From: Candidatus Marinacidobacterium sp.
GTDB taxonomy: Bacteria; Acidobacteriota; Vicinamibacteria; Marinacidobacterales; Marinacidobacteraceae
NCBI GenBank assembly: GCA_965220965.1
Contig: OZ244852.1
Location: 2,272,001 to 2,336,000, forward strand
Reading direction: 5' to 3'
Length of the DNA: 64,000 nt
Within the stretch, counting starts at the first letter, position 1. Each line of letters begins with the position of its first letter. The translations under genes were made by a program, and so were the position numbers. The notes under the pieces are model-generated. The model was not told the origin of the DNA. It did not search any database and worked only from the letters and a program-made list of their open reading frames with translations. This document shows positions 37,321 to 48,000 of this stretch, piece after piece.

Positions 37321-38688
37321 TCAGTCCGGCGTGACGTCGGTCGCCCAGCCGTGGGCGCCCGCCGGATCGAGTCCAAGCGCCGCCGCGAGGCGGACGAGGC
37401 TGACGCTGAGATCGAAGCGGGCCGCGTACAGCAGCCGCACCGCGCGCTGGAACTCCCGCTGGGCGTCCAGGAAATCGAGGAGGCTCGCTTCCCCCACTTC
37501 GTAGGCGCTTCGGGTGAGGTCACGCGCCGGGGTGGCGCTCCTCGCCAGGCCGGCGGCGAGCAGGCGCGACCGGCGGGCGCTGGCCTCGACGGCGTCCGCG
37601 GCCTGCCGCACCTCGATCCGCGCGAGGTTCCAGGCGGCGGCCTCGAGGGCCGCCGTTCGGCGCCGATCGGCCGCCGCCCCCCGCACCGCGCCGGGATTCA
37701 GCGGGTTGAGAAGGGGAACCGGGACCGAGAACTGAACCCCGAGCGTCGCGTTCCCGGGCGCCCGCTCGTAGAGGAGTCCCGTCCCCAGGCCCGGGAACCG
37801 TCCGGCTCGCGCCAGGGCGACACCGGCGGCGGCGCGCTCGCGATCCAGCCGCGCCGCGCGGAGGTCCGGGCGGGTGGCGCGCGCGATGTCGCGCAAGTGC
37901 TCCCGGGAGACCGCCAGGCCGTCAGCCCCCGCCACCTCTTCCCCACTCGGAGCCCGAATCTCGATGGGCGCCAGCCCGTCGGCGGCGACGACGAACTCTC
38001 CCGCGTCCGGGACACCGAGGAGGCCGAGCAGCGCCGTTCGGGCCTCACGCCGCGCAAGTCGCGCCCCCAGCGTTTCGTCAACGATCCGGAGCTGCTCCAT
38101 TTCGAGCCGCCGCAGCTCGACGCCGGCGACCTCGTGGGCGCGAACCCGGGCCTCGGTGAGCTCGACGATACGGTCGAAGGCGGCGCGTCCCTGCTCCAGC
38201 GCGGCCAGCCGCGCTTCCATGTGCGCCAGATGGAAGTACGCCTCGCCGATCTCCCGCCAAAGCCGTCGCCGCGCATTCTGGATGGTCGACGCCGCGACGC
38301 TGCGCGCCGCGGTGGCGACGCGGAGCCGGTGGTGACGCCAGCCGGGCGATTCCAACGGCTGTCCGAGGTGGAAGATCAGGGTCCGCTCGCCGGAGACGGC
38401 CGCCTCCGGGGCCCCGGCGCCGGATCGTTCGAACGCGAGAGTCAAGGCCGGGTTCGGGCGGGCGCGGGCGCGTTCCCACTCGGCCCGCGCGAAGTCGCCG
38501 AGAGTCCCGAACGCTTCGAGCGCCGGGTTGCGGATCTCCGCGAGGCGCAGCGCTTCGGCGAGCGTCAGGCGCTCGGGGACAGCGGAAGGTTCCTGCGCCG
38601 AAGCCGCGCCTGCGCCGATGGCGGCGAAGCACAGCGGCGCGAGGAGCCCCCGGAGCGACAGCGTCCCCAGCCGTATCGGCCCACCCAT
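37321..38688 (-). CDS. TolC-family outer membrane protein (CzcC-like)
   Basis: LTL.EAL.LA..RNP.L, PNP.L and Y..GE.SLLDFLDAQR. Confidence 0.88.
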   Translation of the reverse strand: MGGPIRLGTLSLRGLLAPLCFAAIGAGAASAQEPSAVPERLTLAEALRLAEIRNPALEAFGTLGDFARAEWERARARPNPALTLAFERSGAGAPEAAVSGERTLIFHLGQPLESPGWRHHRLRVATAARSVAASTIQNARRRLWREIGEAYFHLAHMEARLAALEQGRAAFDRIVELTEARVRAHEVAGVELRRLEMEQLRIVDETLGARLARREARTALLGLLGVPDAGEFVVAADGLAPIEIRAPSGEEVAGADGLAVSREHLRDIARATRPDLRAARLDRERAAAGVALARAGRFPGLGTGLLYERAPGNATLGVQFSVPVPLLNPLNPGAVRGAAADRRRTAALEAAAWNLARIEVRQAADAVEASARRSRLLAAGLARSATPARDLTRSAYEVGEASLLDFLDAQREFQRAVRLLYAARFDLSVSLVRLAAALGLDPAGAHGWATDVTPD

Positions 38689-38757
38689 GACCCAGACCCA
38701 TTGCAGACTAGCGCGACGAGCGGCCAGGGTCAGCGACGACCGGATCTAGAATGCCCG

Positions 38758-39801
38758 GTGGATTTCCTGCGGACCGGCGACGCCGCCAGGGCGGCGGGTC
38801 GCGAACCGGACTCGGGACGGGGCGGCGCGGCTCAGAAGGAGTCCGGTGGGGACTCGCGCCGACGGCATCGGCGGAGCCTGGTCGCGGCGCTCGTCCTGAC
38901 CGCCGGATTCACCGGCGTCGAGGTCGTCGGCGGCCTCCTTTCGGGGAGCCTGGCGCTGCTGGCCGACGCCGGCCACATGTTCGCGGACTCCGCCGCGCTC
39001 GCCCTCGCCCTGACGGCGATGCACTTCGCGCGCCGAGCCGCCTCGGCGCGTCGCACCTTCGGCCATCAGCGCCTCGAGATCCTCGCGGCGCTCGCGAATT
39101 CGGTGGCGCTGCTGGCGATCGCCGGCTGGGTCGTGGTCGAGGCCTTCGGCCGGATCCAGGCGCCACCGCCTGTCCGGGGCGGTCTCACGCTGCTCGTGGG
39201 AGTGGCCGGTCTCGCGGTGAACCTGGCGGCGGCGTGGATCCTGCGTCGATCCGCCGGAAGCAGCATGAACGTGGACGGAGCGTTCCGGCACGTGATCGCC
39301 GACCTTCTGGGCTCGGCGGGGGTGATCGTCTCGGCGGTCCTGGTCTGGGCTTTCGACTGGCGGCTCGCCGATCCTCTGGTGGGCATCGTCATCGCGGCGC
39401 TCATCGTGCTGAGCGCCGCCCCGCTGCTGTCCCGCGCCGTTCATGTGCTGCTCGAGGGGACTCCCGACCACATCGATGTCTACGCCGTCTGCGCCGAACT
39501 CGAGGAGGAAGAGGGCGTCACGCTGGTCCACGATGTCCACGTCTGGACGATCACCCAGGGCTACGACTCGCTCACCGCCCACGTGCTGATCGACCCGGCG
39601 TGGCCGGATGACCGACGCGACGAACTGCTCGGCCGGCTGCGGGATATCTGCGCCGAGCGGTTCGGCATCCGGCACGTAACGCTGCAACTCGAGCAGTCGG
39701 CGGCGGGATGTCCGGAAAACCACCACGTGTTCCACCTGGAACATCGCCGTCGGCCGGTGGACGCCGGGCCGCCTCCCGAGCCGTGGTCCCCCGGAAACTG
39801 A
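38758..39801 (+). CDS. Cation diffusion facilitator (CzcD/ZitB-like)
   Basis: SLALLADAGHMFAD, TFG..RLE, HVIADLLGS and HDVHVWTI; GTG start 5 nt after TAGAAT. Confidence 0.92.
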   Translation: MDFLRTGDAARAAGREPDSGRGGAAQKESGGDSRRRHRRSLVAALVLTAGFTGVEVVGGLLSGSLALLADAGHMFADSAALALALTAMHFARRAASARRTFGHQRLEILAALANSVALLAIAGWVVVEAFGRIQAPPPVRGGLTLLVGVAGLAVNLAAAWILRRSAGSSMNVDGAFRHVIADLLGSAGVIVSAVLVWAFDWRLADPLVGIVIAALIVLSAAPLLSRAVHVLLEGTPDHIDVYAVCAELEEEEGVTLVHDVHVWTITQGYDSLTAHVLIDPAWPDDRRDELLGRLRDICAERFGIRHVTLQLEQSAAGCPENHHVFHLEHRRRPVDAGPPPEPWSPGN

Positions 39802-39832
39802 CCGCAAACCCGACCGGACGCCGGAGTTCCTG

Positions 39833-40423
39833 ATGTTGCTGGCCGCCGCAATCGCCGCGCCGTTCCTCGGCGCCGCGCTCTACCGTTGGCTTCACGGACG
39901 CGCCGGAATCGCGCGGGCGGTGGACATCGTCCTCCTGTTCGGCGTGCCGATCATCGTGGGATGGCACGTCCTGGACCACCTGGTCGCGGAGTCGGGGTGG
40001 GCCGTCCTTCCCGCGCTGGCGGCCGGCGCCGGCCTGCCGTGGGGCATCGAGCGGTTGTGGCGCTCGATGGCGAGCCGGGTGGACGACATTTCCCTGCTCG
40101 CCGGACTTTCGGGACTCGCGCTTCATGTCGTCGTGGAAAGCACCGCGCTTTCCTCCGCCGGCGGGCTGGGACTCGCGGTCGTTCTCCACCGGGCGCCAGT
40201 GGGCTTCGTCATCTGGTGGATGATCCGGCCGCGCTACGGAACCGGCAAGGCGGTGGCCGCCCTGACCCTGATCGCGGTCGGCACCCTCACGGGCTACCTG
40301 GCTGCGGACGCCTTCGAGGGACACCTCGGCCTGGAGGGCGGCCTGTTCCAGGCATTCGTCGGTGGCTCGCTGCTCCACGTGCTGCTGCACCAGGTCCGCC
40401 GCGACCACCGCCACGAGGGGTGA
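39833..40423 (+). CDS. Membrane protein with ZIP-like metal-binding helices
   Basis: GLALHVVVE...LAVVLHRAPVG, GSLLHV and a His-rich C-terminus. Confidence 0.55.
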   Translation: MLLAAAIAAPFLGAALYRWLHGRAGIARAVDIVLLFGVPIIVGWHVLDHLVAESGWAVLPALAAGAGLPWGIERLWRSMASRVDDISLLAGLSGLALHVVVESTALSSAGGLGLAVVLHRAPVGFVIWWMIRPRYGTGKAVAALTLIAVGTLTGYLAADAFEGHLGLEGGLFQAFVGGSLLHVLLHQVRRDHRHEG

Positions 40424-40499
40424 CTGCGGGCCAGCAATCGGACCCTGCTTCGCCAGGTTCCGATGAACGGAACCTGGCGTGGCGCTCCCGCGGAGGCTG

Positions 40500-41621
40500 T
40501 CAGCCGGAGGCGGGAGTCCGCCGCAGGACGGCGCCTTCCTCGCCGGTCTGGTGGTAGGAGTCGCCGTAGTACTTGCTGGTGATCCGGGTGTGGAAGTCCT
40601 CGGCGCGGACCGGAGGATAAAGCGGCTCGCCCTGGCTCGGGAGGACTTCGAGGATCTCGTCCTCCCAGACATAGACCGCCATCGGGAATGAGGTGCGGGG
40701 GCGGGCGCGCGCCGCCGGGTCGCGGGGAGCGCTCACCCGGTGGGTCGTGGAAGGCAGCCGGTTGTTCGTGATCCGCTGCATGTAGTCGCCGGTGTTCAGG
40801 ACGATCGTCCCCGGGGGCGCGGCGACGCGGACCCACTTCATCGTCTGGCGATGGAGCAACTGGAGGCCCTCGGTCTCGGCCGCCGGAAGCAGCGTGAACA
40901 GATCCACGTCCTCGTGGCCCAGCATGCGTCCGGTGGTCTCTTCGGGCGCATCCGACATCGGCGGGTAGTAATTCAGCCGGAAGCCGAAGTTCGTCGCGGT
41001 GAGGCGGCGGTCGTAGAGATGCCGGTCCTCGCCCAGGTACTCGAGCACGGCCCGCATGACGGGAAGGATCAGCGCCTCGTTCGCCAGCACGACCCGCCGG
41101 AAGAAGGGCTCCCAGCCGGCCGACGGCCAGTACGCCCCCTCCCGCCACGCGGGGTCTCCGGCGAGATCGAACGCCCGCCGGCAGAAGACCCACCCCTCGA
41201 CCAGGTCGGGGTGGATCATCGTGGTTTCCCGCATCGGGAAGTACCCCTGGTTCACCGACCCCTGCCGCCGGGCGCGGAAGGAGAGCTTGCGCTCGAGCGG
41301 ATGGCTCTCGAAGAAGCGCCGCGTCCGGCGGTGCGCCTCGGCGTAGAGCGCCGGATCCACGCCGTGACCGGTGAGGATGGCGAAGCCGGTGTCCTCGAGC
41401 GACTCGCCGAGTTCGCGGACGCCGCGGGCGCGCTCGGAAGCCACCGGCGAGTCGAGCAGCGACAGATCGCAAGGTCGGAGGACGAAGTCCTCGTCGAACG
41501 CCTCTTCGGCGTCCTCGGCCAGCCGATAGCGCTGGAGCTTGTCGACCTGCTCGTAGGCGCGGAGCTCCTGGTTGAACCGCGCCGGGTCGAACCCTGCGGA
41601 CCCGGGAGCAGCGCTTCTCAC
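40500..41621 (-). CDS. Isopenicillin-N-synthase-like 2OG-Fe(II) oxygenase
   Basis: GF..LTGHGV, RLNYYPP, HEDVDLFTLL, NTGD and STTHRV...RTS. Confidence 0.9.
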   Translation of the reverse strand: MRSAAPGSAGFDPARFNQELRAYEQVDKLQRYRLAEDAEEAFDEDFVLRPCDLSLLDSPVASERARGVRELGESLEDTGFAILTGHGVDPALYAEAHRRTRRFFESHPLERKLSFRARRQGSVNQGYFPMRETTMIHPDLVEGWVFCRRAFDLAGDPAWREGAYWPSAGWEPFFRRVVLANEALILPVMRAVLEYLGEDRHLYDRRLTATNFGFRLNYYPPMSDAPEETTGRMLGHEDVDLFTLLPAAETEGLQLLHRQTMKWVRVAAPPGTIVLNTGDYMQRITNNRLPSTTHRVSAPRDPAARARPRTSFPMAVYVWEDEILEVLPSQGEPLYPPVRAEDFHTRITSKYYGDSYHQTGEEGAVLRRTPASG

Positions 41622-42907
41622 GAACCGGCCGCCTGCATCTCCGCCGCGACCGCCTCCGCCTCCCGGAGGATGCGGAGGGTGTTGCCGCTCCAGAGCTGGC
41701 GGATCTGATCCTCGGTGTAGCCGCGCCGCACCAGCTCGACCGTCACGTTCAGGGTCTCGGAGGCGTCGTCCCAGCCGTCGACCCCGCCGCCGCCGTCGAA
41801 GTCGGACGAGATCCCCACGTGGTCGAGCCCCATGACCTCGACGGCGTGGTCGATGTGGTCCACGAAGTCCGACACGGTGACCGGGTAGCGGTCCGAGATC
41901 TCGCCGAGCCGGGCGCGCAGCGCCGCCTGGTCCTCCTCGGAGAGCGAGCCGAACCCGGCCCGCGACTCCAGCCCGAACTCCGCCAGCGCCGCCTCCGTCT
42001 CGGCCACCTTCTCGGGCGGATCCACCTTGACGAATCCCCGAAGCGCCACCGTCTGCATGACGCCGCCGTTCGCGGCGAGCGCCCGGAGCTGCTCGTCGTC
42101 CATGTTCCGGGTCACGTCGGCGAGCGCCTTCGTGCTCGAGTGGGAAGCGATCAGCGGGGCGCGGGACAACTCGGCCGCCTGCATCATCGTCTTCTTCGAG
42201 GTGTGGGAGACATCGACCAGCATTCCGAGCCGGTTCATTTCGGCGACGACCTCGCGGCCGAACTCGCTCAGCCCGCCGTGCTCCTCCTCCTCGTCCCCGA
42301 GGTCCGCCCGCGGGTTCGTGGAGTCGCCGATGTCGTTGTGGCCGTTGTGGGTGAGGGTGACGTAGCGGGCTCCGAGGTCCCGATACGTCTCGAGGAGCGA
42401 GAGATCCTTCCCGATCACGAATCCGTTCTCGATCCCGATCATCGCGACGAGCCGGCCCTCGGCGTGGATCGCCTCGAGCCCGTCCGCGGTGTCGGTGAAG
42501 CCGATCACGTCCGCGTGCCGTTCGGTGGCGCGGTGGATCGCCTCGAACTTCGTCATGGCCCCCTCTTTCGCCCGCTCATAGCCCTCCGGCGTGCGCTCGG
42601 TCTGGCCGTAGTAGACGATGAAGAATCCGGCGTCGAGGCCGCCTTCCTGCATCCGCGGGTAGTCCACCTGGAAGTCCTCGTTCACATTCCCGGGGTCCAC
42701 TTCCTCCGTCATGTAGTTGAAGGGGATGTCGATGTGGGTGCAGAGCGTCAGGACCGCATCGTGGATCCGCCGGGCCTCCTCGAGGATCTCCGCCTCGGTC
42801 GGCTCGGCGGGTTCTTCGGGCGCCGGGGCCCCGCATCCGGCGAGCAGGAGCGAGGTGGCGGCGAGGGCAACGCCCGACGTCAGGGCGATTCGATTCGAAA
42901 TGGACAT
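41618..42907 (-). CDS. Membrane dipeptidase (M19), lipoprotein
   Basis: LAGC lipobox, THID, IENG, TLTHNGHN, DVSH, ASHS and SSDFDGG. Confidence 0.92.
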   Translation of the reverse strand: MSISNRIALTSGVALAATSLLLAGCGAPAPEEPAEPTEAEILEEARRIHDAVLTLCTHIDIPFNYMTEEVDPGNVNEDFQVDYPRMQEGGLDAGFFIVYYGQTERTPEGYERAKEGAMTKFEAIHRATERHADVIGFTDTADGLEAIHAEGRLVAMIGIENGFVIGKDLSLLETYRDLGARYVTLTHNGHNDIGDSTNPRADLGDEEEEHGGLSEFGREVVAEMNRLGMLVDVSHTSKKTMMQAAELSRAPLIASHSSTKALADVTRNMDDEQLRALAANGGVMQTVALRGFVKVDPPEKVAETEAALAEFGLESRAGFGSLSEEDQAALRARLGEISDRYPVTVSDFVDHIDHAVEVMGLDHVGISSDFDGGGGVDGWDDASETLNVTVELVRRGYTEDQIRQLWSGNTLRILREAEAVAAEMQAAGS

Positions 42908-43009
42908 GGGACCTCGGAGACGGTCGTGCCGGCCTCCGGGATGGCGCCGGCGAACTCACGATGGTACCAATCGGAAGGCGCCCGCCCCGGAAGGCCGGGG
43001 TGCGAGACA

Positions 43010-44070
43010 ATGGGGCGGAGCGTGTTCCCCTGGACCTTCGCCGGGCGCGGCCCCGGCCGGATCCTCCTCGCGGGCCTCGCGCTGTCTCTCGGCGCGCCGG
43101 CCGCTTCGTCGGGCCAGACCCGCGGGGCCGCCGGGTATGAGGCGCGCGTTCAGCGCTACCGGAGCGGCGACTTCGTGGGGGCGATCCGGGACAGCATGGA
43201 GCTCTCCCAGGATGACCTCGAGGACGACGCCCGGGTCTACCTTCGCGGCTTCACCGGACGAAGCGCGAGCCAGGACCTGACGCTTCTGGCCGCCGCTCTC
43301 TTCCATCTCGACCTCGCCGGACCGGCGGGCGTCGATCCCGAAGACAACGAGGAGATCGCGCGGCGCTTCCTGGACCAGATCACCGAACCGCAGCGGGCCG
43401 AGTGGTTGCGGGAGACGCACCTGGGCCTTCTCGGATTCCATGCGACCCGTAGCCGGTGGCCGGACGCCGTCCGGGTGGCGATCGAGCTGGGCGAGCGGTT
43501 CGACGAGGACCGCACCGTCGCGCTGGCGGGCGCCTGGCTCGCCGAGGCGCTCGGGTGGGGCTACCACGACGAGCGCTTCCTCGACCAGGCGCAGTTCGTC
43601 TACGTCGGGCTGCTGACCCCGCCGGAAGGCGAGGCGCCGGCGCCGGACGACGAGGCGCCGGACCCGGTGGAGCTGCGGCTGCGCCTCGGGCACCTGACCC
43701 TGCGCGAGGGCAATCCGGAGAGCGCGCTGGAACTGCTCGAGGCGCCGGACGGCTATCCGAACGCCCTGTTCCGGTTCGTGGCGGGGGTCCTGCGGGGGGA
43801 GACGCTCCTCTGGCTCGGTCGGGCCCAGGAGGCGGAGCAGGCCTTCGCCGAAGCGCACGCCGTCCACTCCGGCTCGGTCTCGGCGGCGGCCGGACTGGCG
43901 GCCGCCCGCCAGATGCTCGGGGACAGCCCGGGCGCGGCGCAGACGGCCCGGCGCTTTCTCGCGGACACCGACGGCGAAGACGCCTGCGACGGTTCCTGCT
44001 CGGCGGCCTGACCGCACAGATGGAGCGGCTCGACCGGCTGCGGGCGCTCGTCCTGGTCCGAAGCCCATGA
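43010..44070 (+). CDS. Secreted TPR-like protein with an apparent 1-nt deletion near 43986
   Basis: Helical-repeat protein. The annotated frame stops at 44011, but the alternative frame continues RRFLLGG...RSP to an ATGA overlap with the next gene. Confidence 0.65.
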
Positions 44071-45089
44071 TCCCGATCCTCGCGACGCTCGCCCTCGCCG
44101 CCGCCGCGCCCCCCCAGGTCCAGTTCCGGGTGACCACCCAGGAAGTCCTGGTCGACGTGGTCGTCACCCGGGACGGCCGCCCGGTGAGCGGGCTCACGGT
44201 GGAGGACTTCACGCTCCTCGACGACGGCGAGCAGCGGCCGGTGCGACTCGTGCCGCAGTCCGATCTGCCGCTCTCGATCCTGTTCCTCATGGACCAGAGC
44301 GCCAGCGTCACCGAGGAGCGGAGCCGGCTCCTCCGGGAAGCGGCCGCCCGGTTCGGGGCCCAGCTTGCGGAGCAGGACGAGTGCGCCCGCGCCCGCTTCG
44401 CCGAGAGCCTCGTCCTGGTCCGCGACTTCGGCGACTGCCGCACGCTCGACGAGGAGTCGCCTTCCGCCGAGGCGCTCAGCGGAGGCACGGCGCTGTGGGA
44501 CGCGCTGGTCATCGCCTCCGCCCTCGTCGAGGGCGAAACCGGACGGCCGGTGATCGTCGTCTTCACCGATGGGCAGGACACCGCGAGCTGGACGCCGGAG
44601 GGCCTCCTCGAGGACGCGCTCCGCGGGCTGAACGCGCTGGTCTACGGCGTGATCCCGCCGGGGACCACCGGGACGGCCCGGACCCCCTACCGCTACCAGC
44701 GGTTCGACCCGTCGCCCCCCTCGGTCCTGCGACGGCAGCGGATCGGCATGCGGCGCATGAACCCGGCGGAGGCGCCGGACGCGCTCGAGGCGCTCCTCGA
44801 AGGGCCCCGCCGCAACATCCGCCCCCGGAGCGGGGCGAGGCCGCCGTCGGAGCTCCAGCTCCTCCGCCACGCCGCCGAAGGAAGCGGCGGACGCCTGGTC
44901 CGCGCCCAGGACGAGCGCCGGCTCTCCGCCGCCTACGCCGGGATCCTCGAGGAGATGCAGGCGCGGTACGTGCTGGCCTTCGAGCCGGATCCCGGGGAGC
45001 CGCCCGGGTGGCGTCGTCTCGAAGTGACGGTGGGGATGTCGGGCGTCGTCGTCCGGGCGCGGGCCGGGTACGTGCACCGGGCCCGGTGA
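44067..45089 (+). CDS. VWA-domain protein (acidobacterial VWFA-related type)
   Basis: V.VDVVVT..GRPV.GLT..DF.L.DDG..Q, DQSAS, TALWDA, FTDGQD.S and Y.L.F.P. Confidence 0.88.
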   Translation: MIPILATLALAAAAPPQVQFRVTTQEVLVDVVVTRDGRPVSGLTVEDFTLLDDGEQRPVRLVPQSDLPLSILFLMDQSASVTEERSRLLREAAARFGAQLAEQDECARARFAESLVLVRDFGDCRTLDEESPSAEALSGGTALWDALVIASALVEGETGRPVIVVFTDGQDTASWTPEGLLEDALRGLNALVYGVIPPGTTGTARTPYRYQRFDPSPPSVLRRQRIGMRRMNPAEAPDALEALLEGPRRNIRPRSGARPPSELQLLRHAAEGSGGRLVRAQDERRLSAAYAGILEEMQARYVLAFEPDPGEPPGWRRLEVTVGMSGVVVRARAGYVHRAR

Positions 45090-48000
45090 GCCGCGAAGCC
45101 GGCAGAACCTCGCGCCGGCGGCGGATCCGTCGGGAACCGGCCGGCGCCCGACGCCCGAGCCTCCCGGAGGGCCGGAGCGGCGCGCCCGGCGCCCTGCTCA
45201 TGGGCGCCCTCCTGCTGTCGGGTTTCGCCTCGCTCGTCTTCCAGATCGTCTGGGTCCGCCGGTTCGCCGTCGTGCTCGGAACGACGCATCTGGCGATCAC
45301 CGTGGTCCTCGCGATGTTCCTCGGGGGACTGGGGCTCGGCGCGCTGCTCGCCGGACGCTCGGGCGGGTCGCTCGGGGCGGGACGGCTGGCCCGACGATTC
45401 CTGCTGCTCGAGGCGGGGACCGCGGCCTGCGCGCTCGCGCTTCCCTTCTACCTGGAGGCCACGCCGCCCCTGCTCCGGGCGGTCTCCGCCGCAACCGGCG
45501 CTCCGGGATGGACGCTCGCCGCGAACGCGCTGCTGGCGGCGGGCTTCCTCTTCCCGGCCGCGACCTTGATGGGAGCGACCCTCCCGACGGTGACCGCGCT
45601 CGCGCGCCGCGCGTCGAGCGGCGGCGAGGGCTCGGGAGAGGGACGCGCGGCGGGCCGGCTCTACGCCGCGAACACCGCCGGGGCGCTTCTCGGCAGCGTG
45701 GCGGCGGCCCGCTTTCTCGTCCCGGGACTCGGCCTCGCGGCGACCACACTGTGCGCGGCGGGGGCCAACCTGCTCGCCGGGAGCGCGGTCTTCGCCCGCT
45801 TCCGGAGTCGCGGCGCCGCCGAAGAAGCGCCCGCAGCCTTCCCGGCGCGGCGCCGCCCGATGGGCGGACGCCGGTTCGCGGCCGTCGCGGCGCTCTCCGG
45901 GTTCGCGGCGCTCGCCTCCGAGGTCGGCTGGGCGCGGCTGGCCTCGCTGCTGTTCGGACCCACGACCTACACCTTCGCATGCGTCGTGGGCGCGGTGATC
46001 CTCGGGGTCGCGGCCGGAAGCGCCGCCGGAACCCGGTTGCTGCGGGCGGGTCGCGATCCGGGGGCCTGGCTCGCCGCCGTCCAGGTCTTCGCGGCCGCGG
46101 CCTCGGCGGGGGCGGCCTGGATCGGGAGCCGCGCCGTCCTGCCGGTGGGCGGGCTCATCGCGCGACACGCCGGGGACCCCTCCCGGCTGCTCGACCTCCA
46201 GGTCCTGGCCGCCGCCCTCGTCCTCCTCCTTCCGGCGGCGGCGATGGGGGCGTCCTTCCCGCTGGCGGTGGCGGGGGCCGCCGGCGGAGGCGCCCCCGGA
46301 CGCGCCACTGGCCGGATCTACGGGTGGACGGCGGCCGGCAACGTCGCCGGGGCGCTGGTCGCCGGGCTCGTCGTCGTTCCATGGCTGGGTCTCGAGGCGG
46401 CCCTCCTGACCGCGATGGGAGCGCACCTCGCGGCGGCGCTGACCGCCCGGCCGGCGAGTCGCGCCCTGCTCGCCGTCGCCGCCGCGGCGGGGATCGCCGT
46501 CTTCTCCGTCCGTTCGTGGGACTGGGAGGCGCTGTCCGGCGGCCTCTACAAGGCCGCGCCCCAGCTCGACGCGTCGCGCCACCGCGACTTCCTGCGGCGC
46601 GGTCGCCTCGTGTTCCTCGAGCAGGGCGCCGCCGCCACCGTCTCCGTCAAGGAAATCGCGGGAGAGCGTTCGCTCGCCATCGACGGGAAGGTCGACGCCA
46701 CCGATGGCGCGGACATGCTGACCCAGAAGATGCTGGCGCATCTCCCGCTACTCCTCGCGCCGGAGCCCCGCTCCGTGCTGATCGTGGGCCACGGGAGCGG
46801 CGTGACCGCGGGCTCGGCGCTGCGGCATCCGGTCCGGCGGGTGACCGCGCTCGAGATCTCGCCCGAAGTCGCGGAGGCGTCGCGCCTCTTCGCGGCCGCG
46901 AACGGGTTCCCATGGGAGGACGACCGCTTCGAACTCGTCGAGACGGACGCGAGGAACCATCTGATGCTGGAGGATCGCGCGTTCGACGTGGTCATCTCGG
47001 AGCCGTCGAACCCGTGGATGAGCGGCGTGTCGCCACTCTTCACGGTGGAGTTCTTCGAGCTTGTCCGGTCCCGGCTGTCGGAGGGAGGGCTCTTCTGCCA
47101 GTGGATCCACCTCTACAACCTGAGCGAGGAGAGCCTGCGGACCGTCGTCGGCTCGTTCACCGATGTGTTCCAAGAGGCGGCGCTCTTCGCGCTCCACGAC
47201 GGGGACGCGCTCCTGCTAGGGGCCCGGGGCCGAATGGAGGTCGCGTCACGGGCCGAGATCGGGGCCCGCATCGCTGCGCTCGACGGGGAACTCGACGCGT
47301 GGGGCATCCGCGACGCCGAGGCTTTCCGAGGTCTGCTGACCGCCGGGACGCCGGTGCTTTCGACCTGGGCGGCGGGCGCCGCGCGTCACACCGACGACCG
47401 TCCGGTGCTGGAGTTCGAGGCGCCGATGTCCATGCACGCCCTCACCGCGGCGGCGAACCGCCGGGCGCTCGAGGCGGTGGGGACCGGGACCATGGCGGGC
47501 GTCTTCGGGCCGCCTCCGCCGCCGGACCCGGCGCGGCTCACCGCCCGCGCCGAAGGGCTCCTGCTCGCCGCGAGCCCGGACTGGGCGTTCGAGCTGGCGG
47601 AGCGGGCGCTGGCGCTCGACCGGGGTTTCCGGGAGGCCGCGGAGACGCTCGTGCGGGCCGCCATCCGCAGCGGGCGCGCCGAGCCCGGGGAGGAGGCGCT
47701 GCTCCGGGCTCTTGCGGCGTCCAGCCCGCCGGACGCCGTCGGCCTGGCGGTCGAGCGGGCGCGCCTGCTCCACGCCGCCGGCGCCGCCGAGGGAGCGATC
47801 GCGGTCCTGGAGTCCGGGCCGGGAGAGCTCCGTCAGGACCGGGACGCGCTCCTGCTCGCCGCCGAAATCCAGATCGGGCGCGGGGAGCTCGACTCGGCCG
47901 AGGCGCTGATCCTCGCGGCGCTGGCCGCCGACCCGCTGGACGCGGTAGCCGCCGCCTGGCTCGCCGAGATCAGTCTCCGCCGGGGCGACCCGGAGCTCGC

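Noticed and set aside
37351-39801. 816-aa ORF as a giant CDF
   Set aside because: The first ~470 aa are antisense to the TolC gene; CDF motifs begin after 38758.
40500-41621. Beta-lactam biosynthesis (IPNS)
   Set aside because: No ACV synthetase or other cluster genes; a generic 2OG-Fe(II) oxygenase.
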